The translations under genes were made by a program, and so were the position numbers. Below are positions 1-9,657 of a stretch of 64,000 bases of DNA, piece after piece. This DNA comes from a virus (Duplodnaviria; Caudoviricetes), in the IMG/VR virus record IMGVR_UViG_3300015050_001523, positions 160,001-224,000 of that record, one strand, 5' to 3'. The first letter of the stretch is position 1. Each line of letters opens with the position of its first letter. The notes under the pieces were generated by a model that was not told where the DNA came from, made no database searches, and saw only the letters and a program-made list of their open reading frames with translations.

Positions 1-183
1 AGCATTCATTTCTTTTAAAAGTTCATTTGCATCTTCTTTGTATTGGGTTAAATAACAATATGCTTCTTTTCCCATAATTGGATCTCCTAAAATTTTAGAA
101 AAAGTCCAATTGGAATTAAGTCCAATTTTTTTAATTTCCTCCTCAGAAGAAATTGAAATTGTTATATGCGCTTCATATTTCAT
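1..183 (-). CDS. Hypothetical protein, partial (runs off window start)
   Basis: Open frame from ATG at 183 (MKYEAHITISISSEEEIKKIG...) with no stop before position 1. Confidence 0.5.
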   Translation of the reverse strand, partial: MKYEAHITISISSEEEIKKIGLNSNWTFSKILGDPIMGKEAYCYLTQYKEDANELLKEMNA

Positions 184-341
184 AATATAATTTTTTATTG
201 ATAATACCGAATCATAGACTATTTTCTATATTTCTAGAATGAAATAAAAAATAATCAATTTAATATTTAATGATTTCTTAAGAATATATATTTCTGACAA
301 CTGGATGACTGATGGACAGACATCGATAGCTCTTGCAGCTT

Positions 342-395
342 AATTAAAGCAATAAACCTCAAACTTTAATCAATTTGAGGTTTATTGCTTTAATT
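342..395. terminator. 22-bp perfect inverted repeat with 10-nt loop (terminator or cruciform)
   Basis: aattaaagcaataaacctcaaa (342-363) / tttgaggtttattgctttaatt (374-395), just downstream of ORF 404..805. Confidence 0.6.
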
Positions 396-403
396 TTCAT
401 TAA

Positions 404-805
404 TTATCCAAATGATTTTTTGGTAAATTTATAAACATTATCCATATTGTTAGATTTTGAATCTCTAATTTTTTCTAGAGCCACACTAAATGTTTTTTCA
501 GAAACTTCATCAATTTCATTAATTCGATATAGTGGAACGCCATCTTTATGCCTATCTTTTGAAGATTTCGCCAAGGACAAAATTTGCGCTAATGAAGGAT
601 TATCTGAATAATTTAAAACAATCGCATTTTTTTCTTCAGCTCTTCCAAAGGCAATATTTTGGCCCATCTGTTTTGACCAGGGATCTCCTGGGCGGCATAA
701 AGATATTCCAATTTTTGTTAATGGCCCATCTTGAATAAGGGCCATAGTTCCAAATGGACGCTTTTTATTGTCTCTTAGATAAAAGAAAGTTTTGTTGGAT
801 TGCAT
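404..805 (-). CDS. Hypothetical phage protein
   Basis: 133-aa ORF directly behind a sigma70-like promoter. Confidence 0.7.
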   Translation of the reverse strand: MQSNKTFFYLRDNKKRPFGTMALIQDGPLTKIGISLCRPGDPWSKQMGQNIAFGRAEEKNAIVLNYSDNPSLAQILSLAKSSKDRHKDGVPLYRINEIDEVSEKTFSVALEKIRDSKSNNMDNVYKFTKKSFG

Positions 806-811
806 GGAAGG

Positions 812-840
812 AAGGTAGCAGGAAATAGAACTGATGTCAA
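812..840 (-). promoter_or_regulatory. Sigma70-type promoter TTGACA-17-TACCTT with extended -10; ATG 6 nt downstream
   Basis: tgtcaa 835-840, aaggta 812-817, ATG at 805. Confidence 0.6.
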
Positions 841-881
841 CTAGCTTTATTATTTGCTCTTAAATCTGCTTTTGAAAGCTA

Positions 882-1389
882 TTAGACCTTATTTTTCTTT
901 GGAAAATCATCGTCAAAATCATTATCGTCATCAAAATAATCATCGTCATCGTCTTCAAATTTGTCATCGTCTTCAAATTTGGCAACTCTTTCCTGTTCCG
1001 CAGGGTCCATAGCCATAAATTGGTCTTGTTCTTCTGGAGTCATTGAACTAAGCAACTCCTTCCAGCCATTGAGATAAAATACCCTTGGCCCAGCCATTGA
1101 GATAAAATACCCTTGGCAAAGCATGCCATCCTTCTGGAAAGTCTGGATGAACCTCTCTATGTGCTGCCATAAAGTCTGGCGTCCAATTCGAACTCTTATG
1201 AGGGGGCTTGTCCTGGTAGCTCTTCGGACCCAGTCCTTGTGCCTCCCGAGCCCAGCGATCTGACTTCTTACCAAACATTTTACTTAAAAAGCTGGCTTCA
1301 TTTATTTGCTTTGCTTTTTTATCAGAAAGGGCTTCTATATATACTTCTCTTATAAGTTGCTTAAGTTTAGACTTAGGGACCTTAATCAT
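882..1389 (-). pseudogene. Acidic-tailed protein frameshifted by a 28-bp tandem duplication (159 aa if one copy is removed)
   Basis: ORFs 1048..1440 and 882..1274 both contain PRVFYLNGW; removing one 28-bp copy gives a single frame from ATG 1389 to stop 882. Confidence 0.7.
1062..1117. repeat. Perfect 28-bp tandem duplication
   Basis: ccagccattgagataaaatacccttggc at 1062-1089 and 1090-1117. Confidence 0.95.
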
Positions 1390-1442
1390 GACAATAAATA
1401 TAGTAAATAAATGAAAATATTGACTTTTCCAATAAATCATCC

Positions 1443-1649
1443 TTATTTTAAGGAATTTTGAAAAATTATTAGATCTTCTTCTGAAAGATTTAGTAGCCGA
1501 GTTACGCTATCTCCATAATAAACAGGAGGAATTTTATTTGATTCCAAAACTGGTGGGAAATATGCTTCTATCGTTCGATTGTCAAAATCGATTTTGATGT
1601 TTGTAGCTATTCCTTTTTTTATCAATCTTAACAATTCAGTTTTTAACAT
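1443..1649 (-). CDS. Hypothetical protein
   Basis: 68-aa ORF in a tightly packed minus-strand run. Confidence 0.55.
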   Translation of the reverse strand: MLKTELLRLIKKGIATNIKIDFDNRTIEAYFPPVLESNKIPPVYYGDSVTRLLNLSEEDLIIFQNSLK

Positions 1650-1653
1650 TTTA

Positions 1654-1932
1654 TTATTTCGGTCTAATTTTTATTTCTGAAACTTTTATTTTTTTAGATT
1701 TTCTTCCGCCAAAAAATTTAATTAATGTTGTAAAATTACTATCTTGATAGTATCCACATTGTCCTTTTGGATTCATTGAATTCTGATTTACTTCTCCGCC
1801 CGATGGAAGTCCTATGCAAACTTTACTATACGCAAGTTTTTTTTCCCATTTACACCAACAACACCTGCTAACAATTTCAATTTCTTCAGGAGCTATCGAG
1901 CTTTTATAAATATCAATATTTTTTTCTTCCAT
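1654..1932 (-). CDS. Hypothetical Cys-rich protein
   Basis: 92-aa ORF, CCWC...C...C. Confidence 0.6.
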   Translation of the reverse strand: MEEKNIDIYKSSIAPEEIEIVSRCCWCKWEKKLAYSKVCIGLPSGGEVNQNSMNPKGQCGYYQDSNFTTLIKFFGGRKSKKIKVSEIKIRPK

Positions 1933-1937
1933 TTTCT

Positions 1938-2399
1938 TTATATGGCAACAGCAGTCTCAACTGCATCTAGTAATTCATAAAATTCCATTACTGATTCTTC
2001 TCTATCATTGGCAACTTTGCGCAATTCGACTGCAAGAATGCGAAGTTCATCAAGCTTAGAATTTAGTAAATCAATTTTAGCATAAGCTTCACTTGAATTT
2101 TGATTTTGTGCCGTAAGAACTTCAACGTATGCAACAGTCCTGGCGTATACTCTTCCCAATGCATCAAGTTGGTATTGTAAAGCATCACGTTCTGCGCCTC
2201 GACGTTTGCTTGTAACAAGTCCTTGATCTACAAGCATTTGTGCCCTTGGTAGAGTGTTAGAAAGTATTTCTAGAATAAAGATAGCATCTTCTTTATTTAT
2301 AGAAATCTCATTAAAGTCTTGGTTGGCTGTGGCGCTCCCAACATAATTTCTCAAATCATGTGCAATTCTTGCTCTTTCCATCTGTGATGAATTGTTCAT
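1938..2399 (-). CDS. Hypothetical coiled-coil protein (start revised to ATG 2399)
   Basis: ORF track 1938..2441; promoter overlaps the upstream part, so MNNSSQ is the likely start. Confidence 0.65.
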   Translation of the reverse strand: MNNSSQMERARIAHDLRNYVGSATANQDFNEISINKEDAIFILEILSNTLPRAQMLVDQGLVTSKRRGAERDALQYQLDALGRVYARTVAYVEVLTAQNQNSSEAYAKIDLLNSKLDELRILAVELRKVANDREESVMEFYELLDAVETAVAI

Positions 2400-2405
2400 C
2401 GTGGG

Positions 2406-2434
2406 ATAATAGCATCTGACAAATTTAAAGTCAA
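2406..2434 (-). promoter_or_regulatory. Sigma70-type promoter TTGACT-17-TATTAT (TGC extended -10), leaderless
   Basis: agtcaa 2429-2434, ataata 2406-2411, ATG 6 nt downstream. Confidence 0.6.
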
Positions 2435-2444
2435 GTAACAAGAT

Positions 2445-2864
2445 TTATTTTATATTTTTAGCTAAACAACACGACTTTATTAATTTTAAAGCTTCTCTGA
2501 TTGAGCAATCTTGAGCATCTGAAATGCTTTGAGCAACAATAAATTGCGCTTTTGATCGAGTCTCTGCATAGATTTCATTGCTTTTCTCTCCATTTGAAAA
2601 TTTAATGATATAAGCACGACCCTTTCTTTGGCTTCGAGGATCTGCTTCAACTGCATTAATTCCATTATCATTTAAATGAAAAGTTCCTTCATTTCGAGAT
2701 GAGGGATATGCAAGTCCTCGCGCAACAAGCGAGAGCCACATTGGCTCATCACAAAATGCTGCTGCATAATAATTTCTTCCTCCATGAATGCTGCAACTTT
2801 TTGAACTATGATGACCTATACAATGAGCCATTGCATCGCGTTCTTTTTCTGATAATTTAATCAT
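2445..2864 (-). CDS. Hypothetical protein
   Basis: 139-aa ORF coupled to upstream gene. Confidence 0.65.
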   Translation of the reverse strand: MIKLSEKERDAMAHCIGHHSSKSCSIHGGRNYYAAAFCDEPMWLSLVARGLAYPSSRNEGTFHLNDNGINAVEADPRSQRKGRAYIIKFSNGEKSNEIYAETRSKAQFIVAQSISDAQDCSIREALKLIKSCCLAKNIK

Positions 2865-3144
2865 TCTTCTTTTCGCAATATTCTTTCAGAATGTAATTGA
2901 GAGATTTTCTTCTTTTAATTTCTTTCCAATAATCTTCTTCAGAAAAAGATATATCATTTAAACAATAAAACTTATATCCTTTTGGGCCTTCAATGGCAGG
3001 TCCGTCTTCTCTATGAAGCTTCCCATGAATATAATATCGTTTAGCTCCACTTAAATATTCAATTGCAGGAAGCCCTTCTCGATGAAGAATTCCATTATTG
3101 TTTAGATAATACTTTCTTATTCCCATACAAATCAATGCTTCCAA
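2857..3144 (-). CDS. HREDGPA-repeat (MORN-variant-like) protein, paralog 1
   Basis: LHREGLPAIE / LHREDGPAIE repeats; C-terminal EEDYWKEIKRRKSLNYIL. Confidence 0.8.
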   Translation of the reverse strand: MEALICMGIRKYYLNNNGILHREGLPAIEYLSGAKRYYIHGKLHREDGPAIEGPKGYKFYCLNDISFSEEDYWKEIKRRKSLNYILKEYCEKKND

Positions 3145-3485
3145 TTAGTTTCAAGAAATTCTATAAATTCAGTAATATCATTTTCTGATGTACAATAAAA
3201 AGGATCAATATTCGTTGCACGAATTTTTTCACTAAGATCTGGGCGTATTTCATATAATTTATTGAATAAAACTTGGCCAAGTCTTAAATGTTTATTTTCT
3301 TCAACTTCTTTAAGTGAATCCATATAAAATTTATATAAAGTTACTTTAGGCACTCGACTGGTCGAATCATTTTCGTGATCGTTCGACCGTCGCAGGAGCC
3401 CAGCTAGTCCTAGCTTTAAGGTATTATTTTTTATTTCTTCAGTAATTTCTTTTAGTTCCATAAATTCCTTTATACTGGAAGGCAA
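3132..3485 (-). CDS. Hypothetical protein
   Basis: 117-aa ORF with LRLGQVLFN...DPFY segment. Confidence 0.6.
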   Translation of the reverse strand: MPSSIKEFMELKEITEEIKNNTLKLGLAGLLRRSNDHENDSTSRVPKVTLYKFYMDSLKEVEENKHLRLGQVLFNKLYEIRPDLSEKIRATNIDPFYCTSENDITEFIEFLETNWKH

Positions 3486-3712
3486 AAAGAATCACATTCA
3501 TTATATTCTTCTTCTGTGCAAACGACATGTTGATTTGTTTCGCAATCACAGATGCATTCTTGCAAAAAATCTCCTAATTCATCAGCTGACTCACTCATTT
3601 CTGATGATGTTTCTTCTGTTCCGTCATCAGTTTCGACAATGATATCTTCTTTTGGCTGTTGGCACCCAAGAACGCCAAGTAATGATAAAATGATTATTGT
3701 TTGTTTTTTCAT
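3470..3712 (-). CDS. Putative small acidic Cys-rich lipoprotein
   Basis: MKKQTIIILSLLGVLG-C signal with lipobox-like LGC. Confidence 0.6.
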   Translation of the reverse strand: MKKQTIIILSLLGVLGCQQPKEDIIVETDDGTEETSSEMSESADELGDFLQECICDCETNQHVVCTEEEYNECDSFCLPV

Positions 3713-3733
3713 ATTTTCCTATTTTATTTATTT

Positions 3734-4045
3734 CTATTCTTCAATAACAATATAAGAAGGATTTAGATAATTTTGATGCCCTAGATATAGGGCCAAAAAT
3801 GGCCCGTGTATTCTAGAAATATTAGAATAATATTCTTCTTTTGAAGGATTTAAATTATTATTAGTTTTTATTTCTTTTTTTGGATTCTCAATTTTGAGAT
3901 TAGGCATTTTTCCTATATTAATTTTTGTACCTTGTTCAGTTGCTTCGAACCAATAACCTCCGCGTTCATTTATAAGAGAATTAGCCAATTCTCTTATAGT
4001 TTGATCATTGCTGTTTAATAATTTAATCAAATCTAAATCATTCAT
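3734..4045 (-). CDS. Hypothetical protein
   Basis: 103-aa ORF. Confidence 0.55.
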   Translation of the reverse strand: MNDLDLIKLLNSNDQTIRELANSLINERGGYWFEATEQGTKINIGKMPNLKIENPKKEIKTNNNLNPSKEEYYSNISRIHGPFLALYLGHQNYLNPSYIVIEE

Positions 4046-4048
4046 AAT

Positions 4049-4294
4049 TTATTTTCTAAATCTAGTTCTAGAAAGGCCGCCAGAACAAAGTTGAAAAAGT
4101 TTACCTTCTGCAAATTCTTTTATTATTTGATTATAAATCTCTTTATAAAATGAAACTGAAAAGTTAAATTCATGTAAATAATCTAATAAATCTCTATAGC
4201 TATGTTGATCCCGATTCCGAATAAAATAACTATAGAGCAGTTGTTCTGGTGATAAGTTTTCAATTATATTTCTACATGCTTGATTAAGGTTCAT
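4049..4294 (-). CDS. Hypothetical protein
   Basis: 81-aa ORF with 4-nt overlap to upstream gene. Confidence 0.55.
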   Translation of the reverse strand: MNLNQACRNIIENLSPEQLLYSYFIRNRDQHSYRDLLDYLHEFNFSVSFYKEIYNQIIKEFAEGKLFQLCSGGLSRTRFRK

Positions 4295-4839
4295 TCTTCA
4301 ATTTCCTCAAGAATAAAATTGAACAAATCTGTTAATTCAAAAAATTGTTCTTTGAGTTCTTTTGTTGGAAGAAGATGCTCAAAAAAATTTGGCAATTCTT
4401 TTTTATACATCTTTGCCATTCTGTTTTTTGTATTTGTTGATTCCGCCATGTTGGCCATTCTGTCACACAATTTAACTAATATTGCAACAGGGCCAGCATC
4501 CACAATCCCAGCATAATATGCATCACTTGCCCTTTCGGCTCTCGTTTTTCCTTTTAGATTTGTTAGGGCATATGCAACTTCTGCAACTTCGACACCAACA
4601 TTTGCAACAACATCATTATATGTTTGTCTGGCGTCTTCAATGGCATCATGAACCCAGGCCGCAGCCATAGCAATTTCAACTTCTTTTTCGGTTTTTAGCA
4701 AATGAGCAAAATAACAAACATTCTCATAAACTTTTTCAAGATGATATTCATACGGATGAATTCCATACATATGATTCGTTTCTTTATGGACTTTAGTTCC
4801 ATAAATTTTTGCAGTAGATACTAAATCGAAATTATTCAT
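4291..4839 (-). CDS. HD-domain phosphohydrolase, RelA/SpoT small alarmone hydrolase-like
   Basis: PYEYHLEKV, AAWVHDAIED, LVKLCDRMANM motifs. Confidence 0.8.
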   Translation of the reverse strand: MNNFDLVSTAKIYGTKVHKETNHMYGIHPYEYHLEKVYENVCYFAHLLKTEKEVEIAMAAAWVHDAIEDARQTYNDVVANVGVEVAEVAYALTNLKGKTRAERASDAYYAGIVDAGPVAILVKLCDRMANMAESTNTKNRMAKMYKKELPNFFEHLLPTKELKEQFFELTDLFNFILEEIEE

Positions 4840-4914
4840 CTGATTTGACCTTTATGATCTGAAACAATTAGCAATGTTTTAATTATTGAAATTATGTTTT
4901 CTAATATATTCATT

Positions 4915-5169
4915 TTAATCATTTCCTGAATTCATAGTTGGGGAAGATAGAAATTTAAATCTTGATGGAAAGAAGCTTCCATAATTTACATAATTTCCAC
5001 TACCACAAACTTCTCTTACTCTAATTGTTTCTTCATCGTATACACATTTATCTATAACTTCATAAATAATCCCCTTTTTAAGGGAGCTTTTTGGATCTAT
5101 GCATTCAACCAAAGATTTGATTGGAATAATCTTTGCTGAAAACATATTGCATATAGAATCAAGATTCAT
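4915..5169 (-). CDS. Hypothetical protein (SH3-like, similar to 53617..53865)
   Basis: 84-aa ORF; LKKGIIYEVI...FPSRFK resembles LILGNEYEIL...YANRFE. Confidence 0.5.
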   Translation of the reverse strand: MNLDSICNMFSAKIIPIKSLVECIDPKSSLKKGIIYEVIDKCVYDEETIRVREVCGSGNYVNYGSFFPSRFKFLSSPTMNSGND

Positions 5170-5453
5170 TTTGATAATTCCTTTTTAATATTTAAAAAGA
5201 TGTAATTAAGAGATTTTCTCCTTTTAATTTCATTCCAATAATCTTCTTCAGAATATCCTATTCCATTTAAATAATAAGCTTTAGAACCAATACGCCATAT
5301 AACCGCAGGACCATCTTCTCTGTGAAGCTTTCCATGAATTCTCCATTCTTTGCCAAGATCCGAATCAAATGCAGGACCGTCTTCTCGATGAAACTTATCA
5401 TTTAAATAATAGCATTTATCACCATATTTGTCAATAATTAATCCATTTTTCAT
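5166..5453 (-). CDS. HREDGPA-repeat protein, paralog 2
   Basis: FHREDGPAF, LHREDGPAV, EEDYWNEIKRRKSLNYI. Confidence 0.8.
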   Translation of the reverse strand: MKNGLIIDKYGDKCYYLNDKFHREDGPAFDSDLGKEWRIHGKLHREDGPAVIWRIGSKAYYLNGIGYSEEDYWNEIKRRKSLNYIFLNIKKELSK

Positions 5454-5485
5454 ATGTTTTTATCCTTTTTTATTTGGGCTATTTG

Positions 5486-6514
5486 TCATTTTAAATCTTG
5501 AACCATTTGATGAAAATATTTTCTTGCATTTTCATTTACGGCTTTGGAAACTTGGCTCCATTCTAATTTGTTGTCTTCTAACTCAAGACAACACTCTCTT
5601 GCAACATCATTGCCAATCCACTTCAAATAATGTCCAGTGCTACTAAGCTCAAGAGGATGGCCAGCTTCTTTGATTGCCTCAATTCCTTGGTTTAGCCTGT
5701 TTGGAGTTAGTGCGAACCTAACAAAATCTTCAATATTCTGAATAATTTCAGGATTTAATTGTTCTTTATGTTCTTTCGGAGATGTATTTTTATGCTTCTC
5801 TCCTTTTGTTTTAAAGAACAAGTCTGTATTTCCCCAAAATTTTCCAATTGGCTGCCAAACAATTCCTTCTCCCAAGCCAGAAATATTCCATTGTTTTGCC
5901 CAAGGACATTCCTTTTCTACTTCATCTGTCCATTTAGTAAATTGAGCTACAGCATTTTCTTTGCTTTCTGTATTATCAAAATCGACTGTGATATTCCATT
6001 GAGGAATATCAAACACAGAAAAGATATTATCTTTTTTAAACTTTTCTTCAAAAGAAGGTTTTATATCAATATAGTATTCTTTTCCACCATCTTCAATAAC
6101 CTTGAAAGCAAAAAGAACCCATTGTTTTTCTACAAGCTGGCTAATTGCCATTCCTTTTTGAATCCCGGGGCCGATCCACTCTCCATAAATAATCAAATCA
6201 TTGTTTGGATCTATTCCATAAGAGTCTCGAACTATTTTAGCTATTTCTAAAATAGAATCCTTCTTTTTTTCAACAAAAAAAGCAAATCCTGCATTGTCTG
6301 AAACTGGAGTTATTACTCTTGTTCGGCTTTGAGCAATTAGTTCTCCATCTTTTGTATGGTGGACGCTTGAATTTGTTCCATGTAATTTGATCGTCCCTCT
6401 AAAAGAAACAGGTTCTTTTATTTTGTGAATTTCAGGAACAGCTTCAGATTTATTTGTTTTGCTTATAAATCTAGAAACTTGATAAAATGCATCTATATGT
6501 GTAAATGAGTACAT
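5486..6514 (-). CDS. RNA ligase, Rnl2 family
   Basis: Motif I KLHGTN, YGEWIGPGIQKG, FAFKV, GEGIVW, FKTKGEKH. Confidence 0.85.
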   Translation of the reverse strand: MYSFTHIDAFYQVSRFISKTNKSEAVPEIHKIKEPVSFRGTIKLHGTNSSVHHTKDGELIAQSRTRVITPVSDNAGFAFFVEKKKDSILEIAKIVRDSYGIDPNNDLIIYGEWIGPGIQKGMAISQLVEKQWVLFAFKVIEDGGKEYYIDIKPSFEEKFKKDNIFSVFDIPQWNITVDFDNTESKENAVAQFTKWTDEVEKECPWAKQWNISGLGEGIVWQPIGKFWGNTDLFFKTKGEKHKNTSPKEHKEQLNPEIIQNIEDFVRFALTPNRLNQGIEAIKEAGHPLELSSTGHYLKWIGNDVARECCLELEDNKLEWSQVSKAVNENARKYFHQMVQDLK

Positions 6515-6589
6515 AATTTCTTTCTTCTTTGTTGCTTGAGTTTTAGCATGTTCTCATGAAAGAGGCAAGCAAAAATTGCTTAACATAAA

Positions 6590-7282
6590 TTATAAATTAT
6601 AATAATTTAATATTTCATTTGAAGAATTATGATTTAATTTTCTATAGTCATAATTTTGAGCCTCAATAAAGTTGTTGCAAGAAATTAAATTTGCTATTTT
6701 TGTTGGCAAAGAAAGATCATTGGTCATAACTCCGACAACAAGATCATATTCTATTTCTTTTAATGAAGTTTCTGAAGAGTGCTCGTCTCCTTCTGTATCA
6801 ATATCAATTCTTACTATTTTTATAATAGTTCCATTATTTTTTAATATAAAACTTGCTTCATTTGGAAATCTTAAATCAGAAATTAAGATTTTCTTTTTAT
6901 CTTTAATTTTTGAAAATAAATCTTCTGCCCAAAAATTTGGATTTTTCTTTCTTACATATTCTGTTCCAAAAAATTGCATAACTTCACGAACACATGTTGC
7001 AATACAATTTGCTGGTTCTAAATCTAATCCTGTCATTTTTTTCATGGATGGCAAATAATCATCCATTACAATAAAATTTTCAAATTTTTCTTCTTTTTTT
7101 ATTGCATCAAACATTTGAATTTTTGATAAACCAAATATTTTTTGACACATGTCTTTCAACATATCTGCAAAATGAAACAATTCAAAATCATTATTTTGAG
7201 AAATTATAAGATTTGAAAATGTGTCTTTTCCATGGCCTTTAAGTCCGCAAATTCCATATAATTCTTTTTCATTTTGATTCAT
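6590..7282 (-). CDS. Deoxynucleoside monophosphate kinase (T4 gp1-like)
   Basis: GICGLKGHGKDT P-loop, REVMQFFGTE, ISDLRFPNE, HSSE. Confidence 0.85.
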   Translation of the reverse strand: MNQNEKELYGICGLKGHGKDTFSNLIISQNNDFELFHFADMLKDMCQKIFGLSKIQMFDAIKKEEKFENFIVMDDYLPSMKKMTGLDLEPANCIATCVREVMQFFGTEYVRKKNPNFWAEDLFSKIKDKKKILISDLRFPNEASFILKNNGTIIKIVRIDIDTEGDEHSSETSLKEIEYDLVVGVMTNDLSLPTKIANLISCNNFIEAQNYDYRKLNHNSSNEILNYYNL

Positions 7283-7634
7283 TAAGATCCTTTTTGATAT
7301 TTGAAAGAATATAATTCAGAGATTTTCTTCTTTTAGCTTCATTCAAAAAATTTCGTTCTGATAATTCTTTTCCATTTAAAAAATAATACTTATCTCCATC
7401 TGAATATTCAACTGCTGGGCCGTCTTCTCTATGCAATTTTCCATGAACATAATACCATTTACTTCCATTTGAATTAATAACGGCAGGAAGATTTCCTTCT
7501 CGATGAAATTCTCCATAGAGATACCATGCTTTATATCCTTGTTTACATTCAATAGCAGGACCATCTTCTCGGTGAAGAAGATTATTTAATAAATATTGTT
7601 TATTTCCATATCGATCAACAGTTATTTTTTTCAT
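7269..7634 (-). CDS. HREDGPA-repeat protein, paralog 3 (start revised)
   Basis: Three HRExxPA repeats, EAKRRKSLNYIL; start MKKITVD. Confidence 0.8.
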   Translation of the reverse strand: MKKITVDRYGNKQYLLNNLLHREDGPAIECKQGYKAWYLYGEFHREGNLPAVINSNGSKWYYVHGKLHREDGPAVEYSDGDKYYFLNGKELSERNFLNEAKRRKSLNYILSNIKKDLNESK

Positions 7635-7638
7635 AAAT

Positions 7639-8754
7639 TTATTTCTTTTGGGCAAGCATTTGAACAAGTTCATGGCGCTTTTTATGTTCTTCAATACGCT
7701 CAAATGCTCGCTCTTTTCCAAGCATTTCAACATCATCACAGTATGCATCTATATACGCAATTGGCATAGAACGCAGAATTTTTGCCGCCTCTTCGTCAAC
7801 TCCTTTAATTTTTGCAGAGATGATTTCTTCATCAAGTTTATCAATATGGATATATTCATCAAAACGACCAGCACGCAAGATTGCGTAATCAAGAAGCTTT
7901 GGATCATTAACGCTGACCAAGAAAAGGACTTTTTTCTCTCGTAATAATTCAATTTCAGTTAAAATTTGCGAAGAATTACTTGCTCGATCCAGATCGTCAA
8001 CAAGTATGACCGAAGGCTGTAGAAGATTAAAAATCTTTACTAAACCCAAATTCGCCAAGTCACGAGCATCAACTCGAAAAGAAGTTCCGCCTGCAAGACT
8101 TGCAACATATTTCATCATTTGACTTTTGCCGGTGCCTGGTTCTCCATGCAACAATACTGTTCTCCCACGTCCACGCTCTAGATACTTTTGAAGATCTTTA
8201 AAAAGATCCTGACCTTTTTTAGAAGGTAGTACAGACGAAAGATCGTCAGGGACAATTTCACGCTGAAAAGAATTATTTGTTCTTGATTGGAGTTTGGCTT
8301 TAGTTCCAACAGACTCCCAGATTAGTCGACCTAATGCATTAGATATGTCTGCATTATCTTCATGCCATGGATTTTTGAGTGGATATTCACTTTGTTTTTG
8401 CCAAATAACTCTAACTCCGTGAATATCTCCTTCAAAAAGATTATCTCCATGCCATGAAGGAGTTACTCCTTTTAATGGACCAAGAAGCCCTTGAGCCAAT
8501 GCAAGTTCAAAACAATATTCATTAATAGGTCCTGCATCAAATTTTTTCCAACTCTTAATAAAATCATAAAAATTAATTTTTCGTGCATGCTCTACTACTG
8601 TTAAAAGCTTTGCACCAACAGCAACTAAGGCTGCTGGGGATGGTTTTTCAAGATGGACAAACAATGGACTCATTTCTGCACCTACTAATAATGCTTTCTT
8701 CCCATAAAAAAGTAGGTTTTTTATAAATTTTGGCTTGTCTCGATTTTTTGTCAT
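7639..8754 (-). CDS. AAA+ ATPase
   Basis: Walker A GEPGTGKS, Walker B ILVDDLD, arginine finger RAGRFD. Confidence 0.85.
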   Translation of the reverse strand: MTKNRDKPKFIKNLLFYGKKALLVGAEMSPLFVHLEKPSPAALVAVGAKLLTVVEHARKINFYDFIKSWKKFDAGPINEYCFELALAQGLLGPLKGVTPSWHGDNLFEGDIHGVRVIWQKQSEYPLKNPWHEDNADISNALGRLIWESVGTKAKLQSRTNNSFQREIVPDDLSSVLPSKKGQDLFKDLQKYLERGRGRTVLLHGEPGTGKSQMMKYVASLAGGTSFRVDARDLANLGLVKIFNLLQPSVILVDDLDRASNSSQILTEIELLREKKVLFLVSVNDPKLLDYAILRAGRFDEYIHIDKLDEEIISAKIKGVDEEAAKILRSMPIAYIDAYCDDVEMLGKERAFERIEEHKKRHELVQMLAQKK

Positions 8755-8783
8755 GAGATTTTTATTTTCAAACTTTCTTAATA

Positions 8784-9356
8784 TTATTTGTGATGATCTA
8801 CTGGTGTATAAGTTCTTTTGTCCATTATTTTTTTTAATTCTAAAAAAGAATAAGGAGCATACAATGTGTTTGGTGAGTATTTTACTGTAGTGTCAACCCC
8901 AACATCAAATCTTTTTGTTTTCATATCTAAAGAATCAATAGAATGATGGCAATGACCATGAAGATTCCAAGAACCATGATGGCTTGAATTCCATGTCAAA
9001 AATGGGTAATGGCACATTACAATTTTTGTACCATCTTCTGTCTTGCTTTCATAATAGGGTTTAATCCATTCAAACAAATGACGTGTTTCTTTACTGTCAA
9101 TATCTTTATCATGATTCCCAACAACAAGCCTTATTGTTCCATTTAATTTATGACGAATGCTTGATAATTCTTTTGGATTTAAAAATCCAAAATCTCCAAG
9201 ATGATAGACTATTGAACCTTTTGGAACTTTGTTATTCCAAGCCTCAATAAAATAAGAATTCATTTCATCTTTATTTTTAAATGGACGCTTTGCATATTTT
9301 ATTATATTTTCATGACCGAAATGATGGTCACTTGTTACAAATTCATTATTTTTCAT
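8784..9356 (-). CDS. Calcineurin-like metallophosphoesterase (start revised)
   Basis: SDHHFGH, HLGDF, GNHD, CHYP, HGHCH, DVGVD. Confidence 0.85.
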   Translation of the reverse strand: MKNNEFVTSDHHFGHENIIKYAKRPFKNKDEMNSYFIEAWNNKVPKGSIVYHLGDFGFLNPKELSSIRHKLNGTIRLVVGNHDKDIDSKETRHLFEWIKPYYESKTEDGTKIVMCHYPFLTWNSSHHGSWNLHGHCHHSIDSLDMKTKRFDVGVDTTVKYSPNTLYAPYSFLELKKIMDKRTYTPVDHHK

Positions 9357-9657
9357 AATCGTATAAATAATATGCAAGAATAAAATCAAGAGATTTTCTC
9401 CTGATTTGAATTTTTTTCCTGATTTCAATTTTTTTCCAATAATTTTCTTCAGAATAATCAATTCCATTTAAAAAATAATATTTATCTCCATTACAATATT
9501 CGATAGCAGGTCCATCAATTCGATGAAGCTTATCGTTTATATAATACCATTTACTTCCATCATAGCCCTCAACAGCAGGGCCGTCAGCCCGGTGAAGAAG
9601 ATCATTAAAATAATAGCGCTTGGTTCCATATTCGTTAGTAATTAATCCATTTTTCAT
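9346..9657 (-). CDS. HREDGPA-repeat protein, paralog 4
   Basis: LHRADGPAV, LHRIDGPAI, EENYWKKI...RRKSLDFIL. Confidence 0.8.
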   Translation of the reverse strand: MKNGLITNEYGTKRYYFNDLLHRADGPAVEGYDGSKWYYINDKLHRIDGPAIEYCNGDKYYFLNGIDYSEENYWKKIEIRKKIQIRRKSLDFILAYYLYDYEK

